Of a DNA stretch of 64,000 nucleotides, positions 24,470 to 37,300 are shown piece by piece; within the stretch, counting starts at the first letter, position 1; the number at the start of each line of letters is the position of its first letter. The stretch is taken from positions 141,360,001-141,424,000 of the forward strand of contig OZ024743.1 in NCBI GenBank assembly GCA_964016885.1. The letters run 5' to 3'. Made by a program: the position numbers and the translations under genes. Origin of the DNA: Eledone cirrhosa. Its lineage: Eukaryota. Below the pieces are notes generated by a model that saw only the letters and a program-made list of their open reading frames with translations, did not search any database and was not told the origin of the DNA.

Positions 24470-27400
24470 GTGTTTGGTGCTTGGTGCATTGGGTTTGGTG
24501 TTTGGTGCTTGGGGTTTGGTGTTTGGTGCTTGGTGCTTGGTGTTTGGTGCTTGGTGCTTGGTGTTTGGTGCTTGGTGCTTTGTGTTTGGTGCTTGGTGTT
24601 TGGTGCTTGGTGCTTGGTGCTTGGTTCTTGGTGTTAGGTGTTTGGTGCTTGGTGATTGGTGTTTGATGTTAGGTTCTTGGTGCTTGGTGTTTGGTGTTTG
24701 GTGCTTGGTGCTTGGTGTTTGGTGCTTGCTGCTTGGTGCTTGGTGTTTTGTGTTTGCAGTTTGGTGCTTGGTGTTTGGTGCTTCGGTCTTGGTGTTTGGT
24801 GTTTGGTGCTTGGTGCCTGGGGCTTGTTGTTTGGTGTTTGGTGCTTAGTGCTTGGTGTTTGGTGTTTGGTGCTTGGTGCTTGGTGGCTGGTGCTTGGTGC
24901 TTGGTGTTTGCAGTTTGGTGCTTGGTGCTTGGTGCCTGGTGTTTCGTGCTTGGTGCTTGGTGCTTGGTGTTTGGTGTTTGGTGGTTGGTGTTTGGTGTTT
25001 GGTACTTGGTGCTTGGTGCTTGGTGTTTGGTGCTTGGTGTTTGGTGCTTGGTGCTTGGTGCTTGGTGCTTGGTGTTTGATGTTTGGTCCTTGGTGCTTGT
25101 TGTTTGGTGTTTGGTGCTTCGTGCTTGGTGTTTGGTGTTTGGTGCTTGCTGCTTGCTGCTTGGTGTTTGGTGCTTGGTGATTGGTGCTTGGTGTTTTGTG
25201 CTTGGTGCTTGGTGTTTGGTGTTTGCTGCTAGGGGCTTGGTGCTTGATGCTTGGTGTGTGGTGCTTGGTGCTTGCTGTTTGGTGTTTGGTGCTTGGTGCG
25301 TGGGACTTAGTGTTTGGTGTTTGGTGCTTTGTGTTTGGTGCTTGGTGTTTGGTGCTTGGTGCTTGGTGTTTGGTGTTTGGTGCTTGGTGCTTGGGGCTTG
25401 GTCTTTGGTGCTTAGTGTTTGGTGCTTGGTGTTTGGTGCTTGGTGCTTGGTGCCTGGTGTTTGGTGTTTGGTGTTTGGTGCTTGGTGTTTGGTGCTTGGT
25501 GCTTGGTGCTGGGTGGTTGGTGTTTGGTGTTTGGTGCTTGGTGCTTGGTGCTTATTGTTTGGTGCTTGGTGCTTGGTGCTTGGTGCTTGGTCTTTGGTGC
25601 TTGGTGTTTGGTGTTTGGTGCTTGGTGCCTGGTGTTTGGCGCTTGGTGCTTGGTGCTTGGTGTTTGGTGCTTGCTGTTTGGTGCTTGGTGATTAGTGTTT
25701 GGTGCTTGGTGCTTGGTGCCTGGTGCTTGGTGCTTGGTGCTTGATGTTTGGTGCTTGGTGCTTGGTGATTAGTGTTTGGTGCTTGGTGCTTGGTGTTTGG
25801 TGCTTGGTGCTTGGTGTTTGGTGCTTGGTGCTTTGTGTTTGGTGCTTGGTGTTTGGTGCTTGGTGCTTGGTGCTTGGTGCTTGGTGCTTGGTGTTAGGTG
25901 TTTGGTGCTTGATGATTGGTGTTTGATGTTAGGTTCTTGGTGATTGGTGTTTGGTGTTTGGTGCTTGGTGCTTGGTGTTTGGTGTTTGGTGCTTGCTGCT
26001 TGGTGCTTGGTGTTTTGTGTTTGGATTTTGGTGCTTGGTGTTTGGTGCTTCGGTCTTGGTGTTTGGTGTTTGGTGCTTGGTGCTTGGTGTTTGGTGTTTG
26101 GTGCCTGGTGCTTGGTGTTCGGTGCTTGGTGTTTGGTGTTTGGTGATTGGTGCTTGTTGTTTGGTGCTTGGTGCTTGGTGCTTGGTGCTTGGTGTTAGGC
26201 GTTTGGTCCTTGGTGCTTGGTGTTTGTTGTTTGGTCCATTGTGCTTGGTGTTTGGTATTTTGTGCTTGGTGCTTGGTGTTTGGTGCTTGGTGCTTGGTGT
26301 TTGGTGCTTGGTGCTTGGTGCCTGGTGTTTGGTCCGTGGTGCTTGGTGCTTGGTGCTTGGTGCTTGCTGTTTGGTGTTTGGTGTTTGGTTCTTGGTGCTT
26401 GGTGTTTGGTGTTTGGTGTTTGGTGCTTGGTGCTTGGTGCTTGGTGTTTGGTGCTTGGTGCTTGGTGATTAGTGTTTGGTGATTGGTGCTTGGGGTTTGG
26501 TGTTTGGTGCTTGGTGTTTGGTGCTTGGTGCTTGCTGTTTGGTGTTTGGTTCTTGGTGCTTGGTGTTTGGTGTTTCGTGTTTGGTGCTTGGTGCTTGGTG
26601 CTTGGTGTTTGGTGCTTGGTGCTTGGTGCTTGGTGTTTGGTGCTGCGTGCTTGGTGTTTGGTGCTTGGTGTTTGGTGCTTGGTGCTTGGTGCTTGGTGCT
26701 TGGTGTTTGGTGATTGGTGCTTGGTGCTTGGTGCTTGGTGCTTGGTGTTAGGTGTTTGGTCCTTGGTGCTTGTTGTTTGGTGTTTTGTGCTTGGTGCTTG
26801 GCGTTTGGTGTTTGGTGCTAGGGGCTTGGTGCTTGATGCTTGGTGTTTGGTGCTTGGTGCTTGCTGTTTGGTGTTTGGTGCTTGGTGCCTGGGGCTTGTT
26901 GTTTGGTGTTTGGTGCTTAGTGCTTGGTGTTTGGTGTATGGTGCTTGGTGCTTGGTGGCTGGTGCTTGGTGCTTGGTGTTTGGAGTTTGGTGCTTGGTGC
27001 TTGGTGCCTGGTGTTTCGTGCTTGGTGATTGGTGCTTGGTGTTTGGTGTTTGGTGTTTGGTGTTTGGTGTTTGGTACTTGGTGCTTGGTGCTTGGTTTTT
27101 GGTGCTTGGTGTTTGGTGATTGGTGCTTGGTGCTTGGTGCTTGGTGCTTGGTGTTAGGTGTTTGGTCCTTGGTGCTTGTTGTTTGGTGTTTTGTGCTTGG
27201 TGCTTGGCGTTTGGTGTTTGGTGCTAGGGGCTTGGTGCTTGATGCTTGGTGTTTGGTGCTTGGTGCTTGCTGTTTGGTGTTTGGTGCTTGGTGCGTGGGA
27301 CTTAGTGTTTGGTGTTTGGTGCTTGGTGTTTGGTGCTTGGTGTTTGGTGCTTGGTGCTTGGTGTTTGGTGTTTGGTGCTTAGTGCTTGGGGCTTGGTGTT

Positions 27401-29650
27401 TGGTGCTTGGTGTTTGGTGTTTGGTGCTTGGTGCTTGGTGTTTGGCGCTTGGTGCTTGGTGCTTGGTGTTTGGTGCTTGGTGCTTGGTGCTTGGTGCTTG
27501 GTCATTAGTGTTTGGTGCTTGGTGCTTGGTGCCTGGTGCTTGGTGCTTGGTGCTTGTTGTTTGGTGCTTGGTGTTTGGTGCTTGGTGCTTGGTGCTGGGT
27601 GGTTGGTGTTTGGTGTTTGGTGCTTGGTGCTTGGTGCTTATTGTTTGGTGCTTGGTGCTTGGTGCTTGGTGCTTGGTCTTTGGTGCTTGGTGTTTGGTGT
27701 TTGGTACTTGGGGCCTGGTGTTTGGCGCTTGGTGCCTGGTGCTTGGTGTTTGGTGCTTGGTGTTTGGTGCTTGGTGATTAGTGTTTGGTGCTTGGAGCTT
27801 GGTGCCTGGTGCTTGGTGCTTGGTGCTTGATGTTTGGTGCTTGGTGCTTGGTGATTAGTGTTTGGTGCTTGGTGCTTTGGGTTTGGTGTTTGGTGCTTGG
27901 GGTTTGGTGTTTGGTGCTTGGTGCTTGGTGTTTGGTGCTTGGTGCTTGGTGTTTGGTGCTTGGTGCTTTGTGTTTGGTGCTTGGTGTTTGGTGCTTGGTG
28001 CTTGGTGCTTGGTTCTTGGTGTTAGGTGTTTGGTGCTTGGTGATTGGTGTTTGATGTTAGGTTCTTGGTGCTTGGTGTTTGGTGTTTGGTGCTTGGTGCT
28101 TGGTGTTTGGTGTTTGGTGCTTGCTGCTTGGTGCTTGGTGTTTTGTGTTTGCAGTTTGGTGCTTGGTGTTTGGTGCTTCGGTCTTGGTGTTTGGTGTTTG
28201 GTGCTTGGTGCCTGGGGCTTGTTGTTTGGTGTTTGGTGCTTAGTGCTTGGTGTTTGGTGTTTGGTGCTTGGTGCTTGGTGGCTGGTGCTTGGTGCTTGGT
28301 GTTTGCAGTTTGGTGCTTGGTGCTTGGTGCCTGGTGTTTCGTGCTTGGTGCTTGGTGCTTGGTGTTTGGTGTTTGGTGCTTGGTGTTTGGTGTTTGGTAC
28401 TTGGTGCTTGGTGCTTGGTGTTTGGTGCGTGGTGTTTGGTGCTTGGTGCTTGGTGCTTGGTGCTTGGTGTTTGATGTTTGGTCCTTGGTGCTTGTTGTTT
28501 GGTGTTTGGTGCTTCGTGCTTGGTGTTTGGCGTTTGGTGCTTGCTGCTTGCTGCTTGGTGTTTGGTGCTTGGTGATTGGTGCTTGGTGTTTTGTGCTTGG
28601 TGCTTGGTGTTTGGTGTTTGCTGCTAGGGGCTTGGTGCTTGATGCTTGGTGTGTGGTGCTTGGTGCTTGCTGTTTGGTGTTTGGTGCTTGGTGCGTGGGA
28701 CTTAGTGTTTGGTGTTTGGTGCTTGGTGTTTGGTGCTTGGTGTTTGGTGCTTGGTGCTTGGTGTTTGGTGTTTGGTGCTTGGTGCTTGGGGCTTGGTCTT
28801 TGGTGCTTAGTGTTTGGTGCTTGGTGTTTGGTGCTTGGTGCTTGGTGCCTGGTGTTTGGTGTTTGGTGTTTGGTGCTTGGTGTTTGGTGCTTGGTGCTTG
28901 GTGCTGGGTGGTTGGTGTTTGGTGTTTGGTGCTTGGTGCTTGGTGCTTATTGTTTGGTGCCTGGTGCTTGGTGCTTGGTGCTTGGTCTTTGGTGCTTGGT
29001 GTTTGGTGTTTGGTGCTTGGTGCCTGGTGTTTGGCGCTTGGTGCTTGGTGCTTGGTGTTTGGTGCTTGGTGTTTGGTGCTTGGTGATTAGTGTTTGGTGC
29101 TTGGTGCTTGGTGCCTGGTGCTTGGTGCTTGGTGCTTGATGTTTGGTGCTTGGTGCTTGGTGATTAGTGTTTGCTGCTTGGTGCTTGGTGTTTGGTGCTT
29201 GGTGCTTGGTGTTTGGTGCTTGGTGCTTTGTGTTTGGTGCTTGGTGTTTGGTGCTTGGTGCTTGGTGCTTGGTGCTTGGTGCTTGGTGTTAGGTGTTTGG
29301 TGCTTGATGATTGGTGTTTGGTGTTTGGTGCTTGGTGCTTGGTGTTTGGTGTTTGGTGCTTGCTGCTTGGTGCTTGGTGTTTTGTGTTTGGATTTTGGTG
29401 CTTGGTGTTTGGTGCTTCGGTCTTGGTGTTTGGTGTTTGGTGCTTGGTGCTTGGTGTTTGGTGTTTGGTGCCTGGTGCTTGGTGTTCGGTGCTTGGTGTT
29501 TGGTGTTTGGTGATTGGTGCTTGTTGTTTGGTGCTTGGTGCTTGGTGCTTGGTGCTTGGTGTTAGGCGTTTGGTCCTTGGTGCTTGGTGTTTGTTGTTTG
29601 GTCCATTGTGCTTGGTGTTTGGTATTTTGTGCTTGGTGCTTGGTGTTTGG
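24470..29650 (+). repeat. Duplicated ~1.8-kb block with 3395-bp offset (~24470-26290 vs ~27860-29650)
   Basis: Offsets 24852/28247, 25181/28576, 25419/28814 and 25699/29094 equal 3395 (485x7). After a 4-unit indel, 26147/29514 and 26217/29584 equal 3367. Shared rare variants include GGATTTTGG (~26023/~29390) and TGATGATTGG (~25910/~29305). Confidence 0.88.
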
Positions 29651-29949
29651 TGTTTGGTGCTTGGTGCTTGGTGTTTGGTGTTTGGTGCTTGCTGCTTGCT
29701 GCTTGGTGTTTGGTGCTAGGGGCTTGGTGCTTGGTGTTTCGTGTTTGGTGCTTGGTGCTTGGTGTTTGGTGTTTGGTGCTTGGTGCGTGGGACTTGGTGT
29801 TTGGTGCTTGGTGTTTGGTGCTTGGTGTTTGGTGCTTGGTGCCTGGTGCTTGGTGTTTGGTGTTTGGTGCTTGGTGTTTGGTGCTTGTTGTTTGGTGCTT
29901 GGTGTTCGGTGCTTGGTGCTTGGTGCTTGGTGCTTGGTGTTTGGTGTTG

Positions 29950-32900
29950 TGTGCTTGGTGCTTGGTGTTTGGCGTTTGCTGTTTGCTGTTTGGTGGTTGG
30001 TGTTTGCTGTTTGGTGTTTGCTGTTTGGTGTTTGGTGTTTGGTGCTTGCTGTTTGGTGCTTGGTGCTTGGTGTTTGGTGTTTGGTGCTTGGTGTTTGGTG
30101 CTTGGTGCTTGGTGCTGGGTGTTTGGTGCTTGGTGCTTGGTGTTTGGTGCTTGGTGCTTGGTGCTTGGTGTTTGGTCCTTGGTGCTTGGTGCTTGGTCTT
30201 TGGTGCTTGGGTTTTGGTGTTTGGTGCTTGGTGCTTGGTGTTTGGTGCTTGGTGCTTGGTGCTTGGTGTTTGGTGATTGCTGCTTGGTGCTTGGTGTTTG
30301 GTGCTTGGTGCTTGGTGATTAGTGTTTGGTGATTGGTGCTTGGGGTTTGGTGTTTGGGGCTTGGTGTTTGGTGCTTGGTGCTTGCTGTTTGGTGTTTGGT
30401 GTTTGGTTCTTGGTGCTTGGTGTTTGGTATTTGGTGTTTGGTGCTTGGTGCTTGGTGCTTGGTGTTTGGTGCTTGGTGCTTGGTGCCTGGTGTTTGGTGC
30501 TGCGTGCTTGGTGTTTGGTGTTTGGTGCTTGGTGCCTGGGGATTGTTGTTTGGTGTTTGGTGCTTAGTGCTTGGTGTTTGGTGTTTGGTGCTTGGTGCTT
30601 GGTGGCTGGTGCTTGGTGCTTGGTGTTTGGAGTTTGGTGCTTGGTGCTTGGTGTCTGGTGTTTCGTGCTTGGTGCTTGGTGCTTGGTGTTTGGTGTTTCG
30701 TGCTTGGTGTTTGGTGCTTGGTGTTTGGTGCTTGGTTCTTGGTGCTTGGTGTTAGGTGTTTGGTGCTTGGTGCTTGGTGTTTGATGTTTGGTCCTTGGTG
30801 CTTGTTGTTTGGTGTTTGGTGCTTGGTGCTTGGTGTTTGGTGTTTGGTGCTTGCTGCTTGCTGCTTGGTGTTTGGTGCTTGGTGATGGGTGCTTGGTGTT
30901 TTATGCTTGGTGCTTGGTGTTTGGTGTTTGGTGCTAGGGGCTTGGTGCTTGATGCTTGATGTTTGGTGCTTGGTGCGTGCTGTTTGGTGTTTGGTGCTTG
31001 GTGCGTGGGACTTAGTGTTTGGTGTTTGGTGCTTGGTGTTTTGTGCTTGGTGTTTGGTGCTTGGTGCTTGGTGTTTGGTGTTTGGTGCTTGGTGCTTGGG
31101 GCTTGGTGTTTGGTGCTTAGTGTTTGGTGCTTGGTGTTTGGTGCTTGGTGCTTGGTGCTTGGTGTTTGGTGTATGGTGTTTGGTGCTTGTTGTTTGGTGC
31201 TTGGTGCTTGGTGATTAGTGTTTGGTGATTGGTGCTTGCGGTTTGGTGTTTGGTGCTTGGGGTTTGGTGTTTGGTGCTTGGTGCTTGGTGCTTGGTCTTT
31301 GGTGCTTGGTGTTTGGTGTTTGGTGCTTGGTGCTTGGTGTTTGGTGTTTGGTGCTTGCTGCTTGCTGCTTGGTGTTTGGTGCTAGGGGCTTGGTGCTTGG
31401 TGTTTCGTGTTTGGTGCTTGGTGCTTGGTGTTTGGTGTTTGGTGCTTGGTGCGTGGGACTTGGTGTTTGGTGCTTGGTGTTTGGTGCTTGGTGTTTGGTG
31501 CTTGGTGCCTGGTGCTTGGTGTTTGGTGCTTGGTGTTTGGTGCTTGTTGTTTGGTGCTTGGTGTTCGGTGCTTGGTGCTTGGTGCTTGGTGCTTGGTGTT
31601 TGGTGTTTGGTGCTTGGTGCTTGGTGTTTGATGTTTGGTCCTTGGTGCTTGGTGTTTGGTGTTGTGTGCTTGGTGCTTGGTGCTTGGTGTTTGGTGCTTG
31701 GTGCTTGGTGCTTGGTGTTTGGCGTTTGCTGTTTGCTGTTTGGTGGTTGGTGTTTGCTGTTTGGTGTTTGCTGTTTGGTGTTTGGTGTTTGGTGCTTGCT
31801 GTTTGGTGCTTGGTGCTTGGTGTTTGGTGTTTGGTGCTTGGTGTTTGGTGCTTGGTGCTTGGTGCTGGGTGTTTGGTGCTTGGTGCTTGGTGTTTGGTGC
31901 TTGGTGCTTGGTGCTTGGTGTTTGGTCCTTGGTGCTTGGTGCTTGGTCTTTGGTGCTTGGGTTTTGGTGTTTGGTGCTTGGTGCTTGGTGTTTGGTGCTT
32001 GGTGCTTGGTGCTTGGTGTTTGGTGCTTGCTGCTTGGTGCTTGGTGTTTGGTGCTTGGTGCTTGGTGATTAGTGTTTGGTGATTGGTGCTTGGGGTTTGG
32101 TGTTTGGGGCTTGGTGTTTGGTGCTTGGTGCTTGCTGTTTGGTGTTTGGTGTTTGGTTCTTGGTGCTTGGTGTTTGGTATTTGGTGTTTGGTGCTTGGTG
32201 CTTGGTGCTTGGTGTTTGGTGCTTGGTGCTTGGTGCTTGGTGTTTGGTGCTGCGTGCTTGGTGTTTGGTGTTTGGTGCTTGGTGCCTGGGGCTTGTTGTT
32301 TGGTGTTTGGTGCTTAGTGCTTGGTGTTTGGTGTTTGGTGCTTGGTGCTTAGTGGCTGGTGCTTGGTGCTTGGTGTTTGGAGTTTGGTGCTTGGTGCTTG
32401 GTGTCTGGTGTTTCGTGCTTGGTGCTTGGTGCTTGGTGTTTGGTGTTTGGTGCTTGGTGTTTGGTGCTTGGTGTTTGGTGCTTGGTTCTTGGTGCTTGGT
32501 GTTAGGTGTTTGGTGCTTGGTGCTTGGTGTTTGATGTTTGGTCCTTGGTGCTTGTTGTTTGGTGTTTGGTGCTTGGTGCTTGGTGTTTGGTGTTTGGTGC
32601 TTGCTGCTTGCTGCTTGGTGTTTGGTGCTTGGTGATTGGTGCTTGGTGTTTTATGCTTGGTGCTTGGTGTTTGGTGTTTGGTGCTAGGGACTTGGTGCTT
32701 GATGTTTGGTGCTTGGTGCTTGCTGTTTGGTGTTTGGTGCTTGGTGCGTGGGACTTAGTGTTTGGTGTTTGGTGCTTGGTGTTTTGTGCTTGGTGTTTGG
32801 TGCTTGGTGCTTGGTGTTTGGTGTTTGGTGCTTGGTGCTTGGGGCTTGGTGTTTGGTGCTTAGTGTTTGGTGCTTGGTGTTTGGTGCTTGGTGCTTGGTG

Positions 32901-33060
32901 CTTGGTGTTTGGTGTTTGGTGTATGGTGTTTGGTGCTTGTTGTTTGGTGCTTGGTGCTTGGTGATTAGTGTTTGGTGCTTGGTGCTTGCGGTTTGGTGTT
33001 TGGTGCTTGGGGTTTGGTGTTTGGTGCTTGGTGCTTGGTGCTTGGTCTTTGGTGCTTGGT
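29950..33060 (+). repeat. Duplication with 1750-bp period (250 heptamers)
   Basis: GGCGTTTGCT at 29971/31721 and ORF-track pairs 30322/32072, 30571/32321 and 30756/32506 all have offset 1750. The rare TTATGC variant is shared (30901/32651). Confidence 0.88.
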
Positions 33061-36000
33061 GTTTGGTGTTTGGTGCTTGGTGCTTGGTGTTTGGCGCTTG
33101 GTGCTTGGTGCTTGGTGTTTGGTGCTTGGTGCTTGGTGCTTGGTGATTAGTGTTTGGTGCTTGGTGCTTGGTGCCTGGTGCTTGGTGCTTGGTGCTTGTT
33201 GTTTGGTGCTTGGTGCTTGGTGATTAGTGTTTGGTGCTTGGTGCTTGGGGTTTGGTGTTTGGTGCTTGGGGTTTGGTGTTTGGTGCTTGGTGCATGGTGT
33301 TTGGTGCTTGGTGCTTGGTGTTTGGTGCTTGGTGCTTTGTGTTTGGTGCTTGGTGTTTGGTGCTTGGTGCTTGGTGCTTGGTGCTTGGTGTTAGGTGTTT
33401 GGTGCTTGGTGATTGGTGTTTGATGTTAGGTTCTTGGTGCTTGGTGTTTGGTGTTTGGTGCTTGCTGCTAGGTGCTTGGTGTTTTGTGTTTGGAGTTTGG
33501 TGCTTGGTGTTTGGTGCTTGGTGCTTGGTGTTTGGTGTTTGGTGCCTGGTGCTTGGTGTTTGGTGCTTGGTGTTTGGTGTTTGGTGATTGGTGCTTGGTG
33601 TTTGGTGCTTGGTGCATGGTGCTTGGTGCTTGGTGTTAGGCGTTTGGTGCTTGGTGCTTGGTGTTTGATGTTTGGTCCTTGGTGCTTGGTGTTTGGTATT
33701 TGGTGCTTGGTGCTTGGTGTTTGGTGTTTGGTGCTTGCTGCTTGCTGCTTGGTGTTTGGTGCTAGGGGCTTGGTGCTTGGTCTTTGATGTTTGGTCCTTG
33801 GTGCTTGGTGTTTGGTATTTGGTGCTTGGTGCTTGGTGTTTGGTGTTTGGTGCTTGCTGCTTGCTGCTTGGAGTTTGGTGCTAGGGGCTTGGTGTTTGGT
33901 GCTTGCTGTTTGGTGCTTGGTGTTTGGTGCTTGGTGCCTGGTGCTTGGTGTTTGGTGTTTGGTGCTTGGTGTTTGGTGCTTGGTGTTTGGTACTTGGTGT
34001 TCGGTGCTTGGTGCTTGGTGCTTGGTGTTTGGTGTTTGGTGCTTGGTGCTTGGTGCTTGGTGTTTGATGTTTGGTCCTTGGTGCTTGGTGTTTGGTGTTG
34101 TGTGCTTGGTGCTTGGTGCTTGGTGTTTGGTGCTTGGTGCTTGGTGCTTGGTGTTTGGCGTTTGCTGTTTGCTGTTTGGTGTTTGGTGTTTGCTGTTTGG
34201 TGTTTGCTGTTTGGTGTTTGTTGTTTGGTGTTTGGCGCTTGGTGCTTGGTGTTTGGTGTTTGGTGCATGGTGCTTGGTGCTTGGTATCTGGTGTTTGGTG
34301 CTTGATGTTTGGTGTTTGGTGCTTGGTGTTTGGTGCTTGGTGCTTGGTGCTTGGTGTTTGGTCCTTGGTGCTTGGTGCTTGGTGTTTGGTGCTTGGGTTT
34401 TGGTGTTTGGTGCTTGGTGCTTGGTGTTTGGTGCTTGGTGCTTGGTGCTTGGTGCTTGGTGTTTGGTGCTTGCTGCTTGGTGCTTGGTGTTTGGTGCTTG
34501 GTGCTTGGTGATTAGTGTTTGGTGATTGGTGCTTGGGGTTTGGTGTTTGGGGCTTGGTGTTTGGTGCTTGGTGCTTGCTGTTTGGTGTTTGGTGTTTGGT
34601 TCTTGGTGCTTGGTGTTTGGTGTTTGGTGTTTGGTGCTTGGTGCTTGGTGCTTGGTGTTTGGTGCTTGGTGCTTGGTGCTTGGTGTTTGGTGCTGCGTGC
34701 TTGGTGTTTGGTGTTTGGTGCTTGGTGCCTGGGGCTTGTTGTTTGGTGTTTGGTGCTTAGTGCTTGGTGTTTGGTGTTTGGTGCTTGGTGCTTGGTGGCT
34801 GGTGCTTGGTGCTTGGTGTTTGGAGTTTGGTGCTTGGTGCTTGGTATCTGGTGTTTCGTGCTTGGTGCTTGGTGCTTGGTGTTTGGTGTTTGGTGCTTGG
34901 TGTTTGGTGCTTGGTGTTTGGTGCTTGGTTCTTGGTGCTTGATGTTAGGTGTTTGGTGCTTGGTGCTTGGTGTTTGATGTTTGGTCCTTGGTGCTTGTTG
35001 TTTGGTGTTTGGTGCTTCGTGCTTGGTGTTTGGTGTTTGGTGCTTGCTGCTTGCTGCTTGGTGTTTGGTGCTTGGTGATTGGTGCTTGGTGTTTTATGCT
35101 TGGTGCTTGGTGTTTGGTGTTTGGTGCTAGGGACTTGGTGCTTGATGCTTGATGTTTGGTGCTTGGTGCTTGCTGTTTGGTGTTTGGTGCTTGGTGCGTG
35201 GGACTTAGTGTTTGGTGTTTGGTGCTTGGTGTTTTGTGCTTGGTGTTTGGTGCTTGGTGCTTGGTGTTTGGTGTTTGGTGCTTGGTGCTTGGGGCTTGGT
35301 GTTTGGTGCTTAGTGTTTGGTGCTTGGTGTTTGGTGCTTGGTGCTTGGTGCTTGGTGTTTGGTGTATGGTGTTTGGTGCTTGTTGTTTGGTGCTTGGTGC
35401 TTGGTGATTAGTGTTTGGTGCTTGGTGCTTGCGGTTTGGTGTTTGGTGCTTGGGGTTTGGTGTTTGGTGCTTGGTGCTTGGTGCTTGGTCTTTGGTGCTT
35501 GGTGTTTGGTGTTTGGTGCTTGGTGCTTGGTGTTTGGCGCTTGGTGCTTGGTGCTTGGTGTTTGGTGCTTGGTGCTTGGTGCTTGGTGATTAGTGTTTGG
35601 TGCTTGGTGCTTGGTGCCTGGTGCTTGGTGCTTGGTGCTTGTTGTTTGGTGCTTGGTGCTTGGTGATTAGTGTTTGGTGCTTGGTGCTTGGGGTTTGGTG
35701 TTTGGTGCTTGGGGTTTGGTGTTTGGTGCTTGGTGCATGGTGTTTGGTGCTTGGTGCTTGGTGTTTGGTGCTTGGTGCTTTGTGTTTGGTGCTTGGTGTT
35801 TGGTGCTTGGTGCTTGGTGCTTGGTGCTTGGTGTTAGGTGTTTGGTGCTTGGTGATTGGTGTTTGATGTTAGGTTCTTGGTGCTTGGTGTTTGGTGTTTG
35901 GTGCTTGGTGCTTGGTGTTTGGTGTTTGGTGCTTGCTGCTTGGTGCTTGGTGTTTTGTGTTTGGAGTTTGGTGCTTGGTGTTTGGTGCTTGGTGCTTGGT

Positions 36001-37300
36001 GATTGGTGTTTGGTGCCTGGTGCTTGGTGTTTGGTGCTTGGTGTTTGGTGTTTGGTGTTTGGTGCCTGGTGCTTGGTGATTGTTGCTTGGTGTTTGGTGC
36101 TTGGTGCATGGTGCTTGGTGCTTGGTGTTAGGCGTTTGGTGCTTGGTGCTTGGTGTTTGATGTTTGGTCCTTGGTGCTTGGTGTTTGGTATTTGGTGCTT
36201 GGTGCTTGGTGTTTGGTGTTTGGTGCTTGCTGCTTGCTGCTTGGTGTTTGGTGCTAGGGGCTTGGTGCTTGTTGTTTGATGTTTGGTCCTTGGTGCTTGG
36301 TGTTTGGTATTTGGTGCTTGGTGCTTGGTGTTTGGTGTTTGGTGCTTGCTGCTTGCTGCTTGGTGTTTGGTGCTAGGGGCTTGGTGTTTGGTGCTTGGTG
36401 TTTGGTGCTTGGTGTTTGGTGCTTGGTGCCTGGTGCTTGGTGTTTGGTGTTTGGTGCTTGGTGTTTGGTGCTTGGTGTTTGGTACTTGGTGTTCGGTGCT
36501 TGGTGCTTGGTGCTTGGTGTTTGGTGTTTGGTGCTTGGTGCTTGGTGCTTGGTGTTTGATGTTTGGTCCTTGGTGCTTGGTGTTTGGTGTTGTGTGCTTG
36601 GTGCTTGGTGCTTGGTGTTTGGTGCTTGGTGCTTGGTGCTTGGTGTTTGGCGTTTGCTGTTTGCTGTTTGGTGTTTGGTGTTTGCTGTTTGGTGTTTGCT
36701 GTTTGGTGTTTGGTGTTTGGTGCTTGCTGTTTGGTGCTTGGTGCTTGGTGTTTGGTGTTTGGTGCTTGGTGTTTGGTGCTTGGTGCTTGGTGCTGGGTGT
36801 TTGGTGCTTGGTGCTTGGTGTTTGGTGTTTGGTGCTTGGTGCTTGGTGCTTGGTGTTTGGTCCTTGGTGCTTGGTGCTTGGTGTTTGGTGCTTGGGTTTT
36901 GGTGTTTGGTGCTTGGTGCTTGGTGTTTGGTGCTTGGTGCTTGGTGCTTGGTGCTTGGTGTTTGGTGCTTGCTGCTTGGTGCTTGGTGTTTGGTGCTTGG
37001 TGCTTGGTGATTAGTGTTTGGTGATTGGTGCTTGGGGTTTGGTGTTTGGGGCTTGGTGTTTGGTGCTTGGTGCTTGCTGTTTGGTGTTTGGTGTTTGGTT
37101 CTTGGTGCTTGGTGTTTGGTGTTTGGTGTTTGGTGCTTGGTGCTTGGTGCTTGGTGTTTGGTGCTTGGTGCTTGGTGCTTGGTGTTTGGTGCTGCGGGCT
37201 TGGTGTTTGGTGTTTGGTGCTTGGTGCCTGGTGCTTGTTGTTTGGTGTTTGGTGCTTAGTGCTTGGTGTTTGGTGTTTGGTGCTTGGTGCTTGGTGGCTG
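31900..37300 (+). repeat. Higher-order repeat, period ~2.44-2.50 kb (about 2.2 copies)
   Basis: 32072/34515, 32968/35411 and 33154/35597 = 2443 (349x7); 33784/36276 = 2492; 34515/37014 = 2499. GCTAGGGAC is shared (~32683/~35126). Confidence 0.88.
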
